From Octopus sinensis (taxonomy: Eukaryota), in assembly GCF_006345805.1 (NCBI RefSeq), contig NC_043015.1:22320001-22384000 (forward strand): 64,000 bases of DNA. The letters run 5' to 3'. Below, piece after piece: positions 53,031 through 64,000 of this stretch. Position numbers and translations under genes: made by a program. The notes beneath the pieces were generated by a model that saw only the letters and a list, made by a program, of their open reading frames with translations, made no database searches and was not told the DNA's origin. Within the stretch, counting starts at the first letter, position 1. Each line of letters begins with the position of its first letter.

Positions 53031-53764
53031 CAAACACACACACACAAACACACGAAGCGCATAAACAAGCGCGCACACATACACAACCATACACGCACAC
53101 ACATTCCCGCCTTCTCTCACTTACACACACATGTATGAGGTATAATAAAAAAAAAATGAATTATGATATTTAGTGTCAATGTGCAAATGAAGATATAATG
53201 TCATTTCAAACAGAAATCTTGATATAAAACCGTAATACTTGTATATTGACATTTGTTGCGTAGGAAAGCAGTGAAATATCAAGTCTTGAAACAACACGAA
53301 AATGTCACCGGAATTACGACCTCTAAAGTATTCCTGGATTTATGTTAATGTAATTTTCATTCTATTGTGATATTAACATCATCTTTAGACATGAGACATC
53401 ATAATAGCAATGTCAGTAGTTCCATCTCTTCTATATTGAGATGCAAGAAGGCTGATCTCCCATCGTTATCAGCTCTATTATTGCTGGGGTATGTATAAAT
53501 ATCAGTCTGGTTTCCAACTTTGAGCATTTCGTTTTTTTTCTTTCTTAATTATGATGAACGACTCTGTCAGAAAGTGTGTAATGTTCGAACCCGGGCTAGT
53601 TGTCTTTGTAGGATAATCCTTTTTTCAGTAGGCACGAGGCCAATCCTCTATATAATACCAACCAATGTAAACGTTCGTTTGTCGGCTGATTGATTTCTAT
53701 CGTCATGCTTTACATCAAAAGCGGAGAGTAAATGCGTGATAAAGAGAAATTTAATATATTGATT

Positions 53765-53975
53765 TTAAAATATGGCACAAGGTCAGCAATTTTGGGGGAG
53801 GTGTAAGTCGATTATATCGATCCCAGTGCACCACTGGCACATATTTTAACGAATGCGAATGAAGGAAAGTCAAACTCGAACTTGGCGGAATTTTTTTTAT
53901 CTCGGAATGTAAAGACAAGCGTAATGCCGCTAAGCCATTTGCCCGAATCGTTAACGATTGTAGCTTGCAGGATGA
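53765..53975 (-). mobile_element. tRNA-derived SINE, family 1
   Basis: atggcacaaggtcagcaattttgggggaggtgtaagtcgattatatcgatcccagtg... is the reverse complement of the family 3' end. Confidence 0.8.
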
Positions 53976-54519
53976 GCAGAGAGAAAGAATCATAAAGAAT
54001 GAGGAGAAGAAAGAGTAAATGAAAGCATCGTTGTGGGAGGAGTTATAAAAATGACAATTTTGTAGCATTTAATTTTATTTTAAGTCAACAAATATTTTTC
54101 CTTAGAAAATTAGTATTCATTTCATCACAAAATTGTTAACAGTTAATTTATAATTATTGTGTGTATGCCATATTTCCTGATATTGTCCACGGTAGCAAAT
54201 GCATACATCCAAACCTTACCTGCCATATCACAATTAACGTTCTTAAATTTATATAATCAATCAAGAAAAGTAATATATAAGTGTATTTTAAATGGAACAT
54301 TTCATGTTTAAATATGAGATTGATAAGATCGATATATTATAGTCTTATTAAAATAAATCTCACTTTTATTCAAAGTATTAATGACCCTACATTTCACTAA
54401 TTGTCATTATTCGGAGAACTTGCAGAGTTATTACAGCGAAATGTATATTAAATTGCGGTATTTAGTCAGCTAAAAAACGGCAGAGATCAACTTCGTTTTA
54501 CACCTTGATGTCGATATAC

Positions 54520-55050
54520 AAAGTACTTTTAAAATACAGTAGTTTTTCTCTAGATTAGCATTGAAACGTTCCTTGACTGCTTGTAACAGTTTTGTCTCGT
54601 CAGTGTAGCTAGTAAGTGTGGCTGTCTGTACAGCTGTTGGCATGTTCAAAAGAGCAACCATAAATAACAGCGACCCTAAGACATTTCCTTTAGACTTCAT
54701 CGGCTATCACAGCCTGGCTTCAGCCTATTCACAAGTCATATAGCACTTTTTCAGTTTTCTCACTATGCTGAATCTCCATAGCTTGATCTTGTGACATGGC
54801 ATCTCATGATCAACCTTACTGAAGGCCTTTGCAAAATCGAGATATATCCCATCCACGTTTGGGCGATTAATTGGTTGTTTCATCGCTCAGTAATAATGTT
54901 GCAGAAAGCACCTATTTCCACTGCGGCATCCATGTCGGGTGTCACGATTAAGCCATTGTTTTCTAGGAATGCGATCAGCTTCCCTCTGACAGCATCCTTT
55001 CTGCCACGTCCTTCCTGATATTGCCCATGGCAATTCTTTCATGCTTGTGT
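54520..55050 (-). mobile_element. CR1/L2-type LINE reverse transcriptase remnant
   Basis: Minus strand: GKLIAFLENNGL, NVDGIYLDFAKAFSKVDH, GNVLGSLLF (QGSVLGPLLF) and SYTDETKL (YADDTKL). Confidence 0.88.
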
Positions 55051-56352
55051 CCTTTTGCTTGAAAGTATGAGAGAGAGGAGAGGAGGGTAGCCGAAGAAAC
55101 TAGAAAGAGGAAGAGTGAGAGTAAAAAGAAAGAATAAAGTGAAACGAGTTAAATAAAACAACTCATAACAGAATTTGAAACTGCTCTACAAAGAAGTAAT
55201 TACGAAGATATATACCACAATTAGACAGCAAAAATCTCTAAAGTTTATATAAATATCTTAAGAATCCTTTTCAAATATACCTTCAAAGGAACACATTGAA
55301 TTGCAATTGCGCTGGTACACACAGAAAGTCCCGTGAATATTTCAGAAACCACTGTAAATGCTGAATTGCTTTATCGTTAGAGATAGGAATGAAAGTCACA
55401 GCGCATATTTGCATTGCTGAAGTTGAGACTATTGACTTACAGCAGTAGGGTCTTTGGGAGGCAAAATTTAATTTTAGTATCATTTGTGTCTTATAGCAAA
55501 ATTATATTCTGATTTCTTTCTATATTATGCGCGTACACACACACAAACACACATACACACATACACACACACACTCTCTCTCACACACCAGACACGAAGC
55601 ACACACATATAAACAGATATATACATATATAAACATATATATATATATGCATACATACATACACAAACACATACATACACATTCACATACATACATATAT
55701 GTTGGAGCAATCAAAAATAAATTCAAGCAATTACGTTGAAACCACTTATCTTAATACGTTACACGACTTAAAACAAAAGATCTTTACTCTCTAAATATTT
55801 GAAGTTGTCCGAATTTGCCCCATCAATATTTTATTTTAAAACACTAGAATCCATTTGAAGCTATTATTTCACTGTTAACTTTGTTCTATTTTTAATGCTT
55901 TCTAAATTGATTTCGGAAACCGAAAAACCATCACGCAGGCGCAACAAATGTATTCTGAGCGTAATACAATAGTTTCCGGTTGGAAATTGCGTCTGGAGCA
56001 GAACTATTATAATTTCTTTGAATTGATGCTAATTGTTAAAAGTTGGCTATAGACAGCGACGTAGAGAAATTAGATTTAGAATATTCGTAAAGGAACTATA
56101 GTTAGCCGTGGAATACATTATGTTTGCACTAGAGCAACCAAAGACGAATGAATGATGCCACCATTTTGATGTGGCGGATATGTTGAATTACAAACACTGA
56201 ACAATGTGTAACAAATGTATTCTTGCTGTGTGGAGCGTTTACGAATTAATATTCTAAATTTGCAAAAATTTCATATATGAAAGTGTATTGTACGGAACCG
56301 ATTATAATGTAAAAGTCAATTGATTATATGTATCTGTGTGTGCGCGTTTGAG

Positions 56353-56421
<69 letters not shown>

Positions 56422-56424
56422 TAG

Positions 56425-56455
<31 letters not shown>

Positions 56456-58920
56456 GTCTGTATATAAATATATGCATGTAGACATATATATTGCTAATTT
56501 AAATTAGCATAGCTTTCCAATGAAAAACGAGATTCCTCTTTGCTTCACCTATTATATTACAGTTATTTTGGGCAGCTGACAAATAATAAATTGCACAAAT
56601 AATTCTACTTATTTGCAAACAACGTGGATATGTGCACAGAGAAGTAGAGGAAAACTGACACAAACGTACTAAATTATAGTCAAACTCCCACACACGACCC
56701 GATATCTATTCTCAAACTCCTTTCTCTTTGTGTGTGTATGTGCCTGTGTATGAGTGTATGTATGTGTGTCTGTGTATGAGTCTATATTTGTGTGTGTGTG
56801 TGTACATATTGTATACATACGTACACACATACACACGCACACATGTATGTATATGAACGCTGATATGAAATAGGACTAAATACTAATGTTACGCAGATTA
56901 GTAACTCCAGTTCTATGTAGCCACTTTGATATGTATTTTAACCGAATGCCTTCTTGCTTCCTTGGAATTCACAAATGCTGTAGACATTTCAGATGGGTTT
57001 CCACGAGGGGTCGAATGTTGAATGCAGCTGATTAGCACTTTCGAAACTTAGAGAGAAGAAATAAGTAAAATGGACGTGTTTCTATGTTTAATAATTGGGT
57101 TTACCTATACACATACATGTGTATGCTTGTGTATCTCCAATTATTACAGTATAACACTTTAACTTGCAACCCATATTATTTGATGGATTAAGTTGGTTGA
57201 AAATGAAGAGGTGGATGTTGAATGACTCTACCTATTTAGAGTTTCATTGCCATCAATGTCAGCGTTGGTCATGTCATATAAAGGAAACACTGGTAATGCT
57301 CAGACTCGATGAACACCCTCTGGTCTTGAAAGCAATCTCTGGCTCTGCATCATTGCGAGGAATGCAAAGTTGAGTATGTTGCCAAGTACTCACTTTGAAG
57401 GAAACGAAGCAGTAGGAATTATGTCAGTTTGTGAAGTCGTTGTAACCTGCCGACGAAGAAATTCCGCAACACGAAATAACTTGATAGAATTTTCACCAAT
57501 CATTACAACATATCTTAGTAGATAGATGAATTGAATGTGTTTCTATGTGAAACTAGCGGCGTGACACCTGTAAATGTTATTGTATTCAATTGCTGAGGGA
57601 ACGTCGTGCTAAACTTGAAAGATCTTCAGTTTATACCATTCCATTTAAAGAAATAATTCCACATTTGGTGTGAGAATAAAATTCAGCGACTTGCACTCAT
57701 CAGTAAATTTTTGCTATAATCAATGCTCAGTTCTCCACTCCTGCTTTCCCTTGAGCTACGTAAAATACTCCCGATACTACCGGTAGTTACAGTCAGTATA
57801 GCACTGAGAAATGAGATTTAGGATGTCCTACTTGGAAAAGCTGTGTGCAATAACGCCTGACGAACTAAATCCGTTTTCTGCCAAAGTTTTCAGGATTTTT
57901 CGTCTCCCTGTCGCCGTCCAAAATGTTTACAAATGTTAGAATATATGTTCCATATCAACCATTCACAACTTATTAAATGGCAAAATACCAGTCCGTTTAT
58001 CCCGAGGTAACTATCATTGTTTCTGGGTTGCGGATGACTTTCAATTTATTTGTCGTTAAAATTGGTAATGTTTGTGAAATCGTTGTACCAGCCTGTTCTG
58101 CGAGACAGATGCATTGTAGTTCTAATTGCCTGATTTCGCAGTGCTGTTTTGTGCTAGATGAACTCCTACCATTTAATATCGTTACACATAACAAGAAGCT
58201 AAAATAGATTTAATGCAAAATATAAACACTATAATGACCATAAACATCTTGCTAAAGAATGCGTATGTATGTGTGTGTGTGTATGTGTGTGTGTGTGTGT
58301 ATGCGTGTGTGTGTGTGTGTATGTGTGTGTGAGTGTGAGGTTATGTATGTTTATTGATGTCTAATGATCAAATTAAGAGTAGTAACGATAAAATGTAAAC
58401 AAAGACAAGCGATAAATTCTGTGCAGAATACATTTAGATGCCATCAAAAAGTTAATCCCGTCAAAAACACTTCACGTCCCAACGAGAAGTGTCTGGCAGT
58501 TTAGAAGCAGTCGTAAAAGATATAGAAACTTAATTATACTTGACAGGTAGAAGAGGGTTATAGTAAAATATGAAAGGAAAAACTAAGAAAATATAAAGCA
58601 TATACATGCATATACATATGTACAGCAGAAATTATGCATTTCTAGCAGGTAGGAGCTACGTGTGCCCTTATGATAAATATAAATTATAATTGTATAGCTA
58701 TCTAACGCTACTCAACACTTGCTGCCATCTATATTATTGTTGTTGTTATCAATTATTTATATTTACAGCAGGCAATAACTAAAATATATATATGAATATA
58801 CGCTTCTGAATATTTACACGGTATAAGTGTGTGTGTGCGTACTTATGTATGTATATGTGCATGTGTATACGTATGTATGTATTTATTATGTATGTATGTG
58901 TCTATGTATATATTTATGCG

Positions 58921-59050
58921 AAGGGGCGTGCCTTTGTGGTTAAGGTGTTGAGCGTAATATTGTAGTTCCGATTCCTGGACCGCGCTTTGTTTGTTCTCAT
59001 CAGCCAAACTCTTCATTCTGCTCCAATCCGTTCAGCTGACAAAAATGCGT
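58921..59050 (+). mobile_element. SINE family 3, 5' part
   Basis: ggcgtgcctttgtggttaaggtgttg...gttccgattcctggacc...gctccaatccgttcagctgacaaaaatgcgt. Confidence 0.6.
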
Positions 59051-59099
59051 AATCATGCGATATATACTTTGATATTTATGTCAGAGAAACCAGTGAGAA

Positions 59100-59620
59100 C
59101 GAGATGAAAATAAAACACTCAATACAAAATAAATGATGTCGTTTGTATAGTTTGTATGCTTCAATAGACACAACACAAAAAGTTAACAAAACACTCAGAT
59201 GTGACTGAGCGCTTCCAACTTTTTGAACAAAAATATGGTCACTCAATATTTTATTTAATTTCATTTTCTTTGTTGTCTTTCGTTGGATTTCAATCTTTTA
59301 AAGTCTGCGAGAATGATGATTTTAAGCTGGAGAAAGTGACGGTACTGTGAATAATAGGAATTGAGTTCTGTATTGATGGTAGAAATAGAGACGTGTGAAC
59401 TGTGGTCGTGCTTTGAAATCCCGATCATGAAGTAGTATTTTTCATTCGTGCACCGGATGAGACGATCTGTCATTGAGTACGACACTAATTTTCCCGTCAC
59501 TCCACTCTACTAAGCTGAACTGTGTACATTCCAAGTGTTCCTTGTGTAGTTCTCTTTCCTTGCAGCTTTGTCAAGTTTGTGATTTGCACTACATACTATG
59601 TCCTACTTGCATGCGAATAA
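59100..59620 (-). mobile_element. Possible LINE APE endonuclease remnant with internal deletions
   Basis: TWNV, IIILADF (GDFN-like) and SDH motifs occur in order across frames, but spacing is much shorter than in an intact APE domain. Confidence 0.3.
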
Positions 59621-60249
59621 TTGCTCCATGTCTTTGTTTTTCTTTTCTTTTTGACATGAAGTTATATTTCATTCTGAGTCGGAATGAGAATTTTACTTTA
59701 CCATTTTGGCTAAGTATGGGTGTTGGTTAGAGATAGATTATAAGCGATATGGTGGATCAAATTTACAGAAAAATAATAATTTGTTAATTGTAGCGTAAAT
59801 ATATTATTGTATTGTCATGACAAGAACCAAAATAAATAAGTAAATAAAAGGAAAACGAAGCTAATCTATACCTGATTAAAAGGTTCATGCGAGGTATTTG
59901 AATTATGCCTCTATTAAATTAAACTATCTGAAGTGAGCTATTGCTTACTTCAGGGTTACGTTGAAATTACTCAAGAGATGGCGTTAGACAATGTCCGAAA
60001 GAAAGATTGGTATTGGGTGGGACAAAATGTAGTGAATTAATAATGGACACGGATAATATGTGAAACTGAATTTGTTGTATTGCTTCTAATCTTGATAGCG
60101 TCATTGCATACTCAAAGAGTCCATTTACCAAAGAGATAATGTAAGACCGTATATGGAATCAGGATGACTAGTTGATGAAATGTTATAAACGGATGATTCT
60201 TACGAAGTGGGTGTTCATATTTTTCATTTACTGTAACCACTGTAACATC

Positions 60250-61430
60250 ACTCAAATGAAAGGAAAATCGAGCAACTCACATTCAGTGGAGTTGGATGTT
60301 GACACACTCATAAAAGACTTCGAGCAGGAACAAACTTCCTAATACCGCGGAATGAATTTTGGCTCTAGCATTCAGCATACATGTATGATAGAGAAAATCG
60401 GGAAAGAATGTTACAGGAGAGTACGAGCTGTCCTAAAATCCAATTTAAATGCATGTAACAAGGTGTTAGCTATAAATTCCTTAGCAGTTCTGGTTGTTAT
60501 TAACAGTTTCAATGTGTTGAACTGGAATATGAGCGAAATATGGAAGATTGACAGAAAATTCCGTAAGCTGCTGACTTGCAATAAGATGCTCCGCCCAGAG
60601 GTAGGCGCAGACCGTCTTTACCTTCCCAGAGATCAATGAGGTCGAGGCTTGATCTAATTTGAAATCTACAAAACAACCACAAATGGACAAAATATCTTGA
60701 AACATCTAACGACTGGATGTTAAAGCTCGTTAAAGCCATAGTGTTATGAAGGAGAGAAAAACTTTTGAAGTGAGTTTATGCACAATACCCAGGTTCAACA
60801 ACTGTAGTTGCAAAGAAGGTGAAATCAATAGCAAAGCAAAATGCGTCTGAAGAATTGAATAATAGGTGGAAAGAAAAACCTCTGCATGGCAAACGTGTGA
60901 CATGTAGCAAAGAAGCTGATGTAGACCAGAAGCACACCCATCAGTAGCTACGGAGTTCGGCTTTATCTTGGCTGCCGAAGATCAGAGCTTATTGACCCGG
61001 AACTATCAAGCCAATATGATGAAAAATTGTGAAGACCCAAAGTGCCGACACTGCAAAGATGGGATAGAAATTGTGGACCTCTTAATCTCTAGACATGACA
61101 AAGTTGGCCAATATCTACTTTGAATAATGTGTCGGTATTATAAAATCATAACTGCTGACAAATGGTGCAATCACCACCTTGTGGCTGTAACTGAGGTTAG
61201 ACAATGTAACTATTCTTTGGAACTCTTCAGTTTGTATAGACCGGGGCATCAAGTCAAATAAACCAAATATTGTTGTAAAAGACAAAAGCAATAAAGTATG
61301 TTTATTGATTGACATGAGTATACCCTGTGATCATAATATCTCGGTAAAAGAATTCGATAAGCTCAGAAAATATAAAGATTTGCTAACCGAAATCGAAAAG
61401 ATGTGGCATCTCAAGAAGGTTACAAAACCT
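60250..61430 (+). mobile_element. R4/Dong-like RLE retrotransposon (family A), internal fragment: RT thumb, CCHC, RLE
   Basis: VELDVDTLIKDFEQ, IQH..MIEKIGKECYRRVRAVLKSNLNA.N...AIN.LA, NW...EI.KIDRKFRKLLT, DRLYLPR..*GRGL, KPLHG, ILAAEDQSLLTRNYQA, PKCRHCK, RHDKV, SNKPNIVVKDK, LIDMSIP and EIEKMWHL. Confidence 0.92.
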
Positions 61431-64000
61431 CTGGACTAATTGATTCCGAGGGTTACCTTTGAATTATTTCCACGAGCTCCTGTATTTTACAGCAAATCAT
61501 TTTAGCGTTTACTTTATTATTTTTAATTTTTCTTTCTAAATGAAAATTACGAGGAAGAACTATAGAGGAAGATTGTATAGAAATATTTGCTGCTCGTACA
61601 GACGTCTTTTTCTATGTATTATCGCAAGTGTAACTTTACCACTGATGTATTATCGCTTAACAGCTGTCTCTCCTGATCAGTATTGCCATACTTGTCATGT
61701 TATTGAGACGAACACGACCAGTAACATATTTTTTAAACCATAGATGCAGACTTAAGTGACAGATAGGAAATACAGAGTGGGATATATGCAACTATATATA
61801 AATTAACTCAAATGTAAAATTGAAATTGTTAAATAATTCTAAATCAACAACAGTATAAACACTTAATGAGACATGTGTCAAACGAATACCAATAAACGAA
61901 AACAAGATTACACTTAGATGTAAGTTAATATTATTTCAAATTTATATAGACATAGCTACATAACAAATTCATTATGTTGATTTGGCAAGTACTTTTTTCT
62001 TTTAGTATGGTGACTAACGATATTATTGGTTAGGAGTGATTTACAAGCACATCTAACTATTATTTTTAGCAGGGCCAACGACCACGTGAATACTTTTTTC
62101 TTTGGCTCTGATCGTATCATATTTCTAACAAGATAAAGATATTCGGTTATCAGATATACCACACCAAGTGTAGTTCGCCAGAATTCGGTGGTGTGAAATA
62201 GATATATTCAGAACAATGCCGTACAATAAAATATTACATCAACAGCAAGCGCGCTATGCAAACAGCAACTCAAATAATACAAAAATATCTTTCGAATCTG
62301 CATCGTAAAATAATCAGGTATATATAGCAATATACCCCGAGCTTTAAAATACTCCAAGCAATCCTTTATATATCGGACAATACCTAAGATTTTCGATACT
62401 TTAATTTAGTAAATACCGGGAGAAGCTACCATATAATGCCAGAAAATTACCTGCGAAAGTTACGTATTCCATACTAATATCACGAACCCGGCCAAAAGCA
62501 CGACTTTCTGTAATCCTTTGGAGGTATAAACTGAATTTCATATCACATCTTGTTGCATATAAATATGATTCTATACAAAATAACTGCAATAACGCTATTA
62601 CTTCTATTCCCTAAATAGGACTGCAAGGCAAAATTCAGCCTACCGTGAAAGAAATCAGGTAAAAACTGGAATTTTTGTGAGTTTGTCTATAAAAGTTGCA
62701 CTGTCATGCATGCAATAAAAATAAAGAAAAAATCAGAGAAAACGGAAATAAGATATTTGCAGTAAATCAGTAACAGCAATATAAATGGAATCTCCTGAGA
62801 CAACGTCGATATACCAAAAGCTGGAAATAACAGCTAAACATCTCTGATATCTCATGGACAATAAAATTTAAAATTATTAACTATGTAATAATATAAAATA
62901 ATATACATATATATAATATAAATATATCAAAAATATAAAATAATAAATATATATTGTGCAATTTAATCTGAGTCAGTCTATAAGTAAAAGGACGGGATGC
63001 TGACGGCTTCCATGCGTTTCGATATATATCACCATAATTATATTTGCCATTGGAGTACACTTGGACAAAAACGTACAATATTTATATCATGTATACTTAA
63101 AAATATGGCTTAGAAGACATATTCTTATATATTTTATAGGTGTAGGGCACTGATCATTTCAACAGTATTTAAATTCTAACGTAAGTGGTTCAAACTAAAA
63201 ACAAAATTGTATCACAAAATGGTTTTGAACAGCTTCGCCACGTTAAGTTGGAGGGACAAAAAATAAAACCACAATGAAAATCAACAGAACTACATCAACA
63301 TATTTATTGATTAAACAGTGAGTGGTCATGAATTTGGAGAATAACAATCAAGTGGTTGCGATTTCTAGATACACACCCGTTTTAGGAAAGACTTCATGCA
63401 GCACTGGACCAACATGATATAGCAGAGAAATCAACCGCTTTTGACATTCCACTGTTTAAAAAATATGCACAAAAGCATTTGCTGTAATAACGTTGCTCGC
63501 GTTAACGTCTCTATTATCATGAGATATATTCCGTCCTTCATTAAAGTCCTCTCTATGGCGAACTGCTTCAAGTTACTCATTCTCTTTGCATTCAAGTCTG
63601 GAAAAACATCAGATTTGTTAAGGCCAATGATGTTTCTTTTCAGATAAAGCAATTAAATCACTCAATACTAATTATCTAAATTGATATCATATAATTGATC
63701 CGCTACTTGAAAATTTTTGAAAATGTCAAAATCTTGCTTTTATTTCATCTAATTGGAATAAAGTATAATTTTCCTCATATTCCAATCCGACACACGTTTG
63801 ATGGAGCGGTTCTGCCCATTTAGTTAATTTAAATTACAAATTCAACCAAATGTTGACATTCCTATGAAGCATTGTAGAAAGTGTTACATATACTGCATTA
63901 TATCAAAGTGCTTATAAGGTACCTCTTAAGATTTTCAAATAGATTATTCGTTTACGCTTTATGTGCATATGTATGTATGCATGTATGCACGTATGCCTCT

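Overview
AT-rich (by eye about two-thirds A+T, not computed), microsatellite-saturated eukaryotic DNA with no complete protein-coding gene I can support. It reads as intronic or intergenic animal sequence. The SINE families and repeat landscape point to an octopus or other coleoid cephalopod (inference from remembered repeat families, not a database hit). Nearly all ORFs in the supplied track are translations of (AT)n, (GT)n, (AAT)n or (CAT)n runs. The supportable content is mostly mobile DNA: about 20 tRNA-derived SINE copies of at least four families; two Penelope-like (PLE) GIY-YIG remnants; three pieces of R4/Dong-like RLE retrotransposons, two ending in (TAA)n; CR1/L2 and RTE LINE remnants; a decayed mariner transposase and a mariner MITE; and two near-perfect tandem duplications (~0.68 and ~1.07 kb). 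Two observations stand out. (1) A family of short elements abutting (TA)n carries minimal type-I hammerhead ribozyme motifs whose stem I covaries between copies (AUUU/AAAU, GUUU/AAAC, CUUU/AAAG); the copy at 7994-8028 looks catalytically intact. (2) A 156-codon intronless minus-strand frame (11438-11905), split in two in the ORF track, shows collinear gamma-glutamylcyclotransferase-like motifs and has one TGA where the family has Trp. All alignments and folds were done by eye and need computational confirmation.
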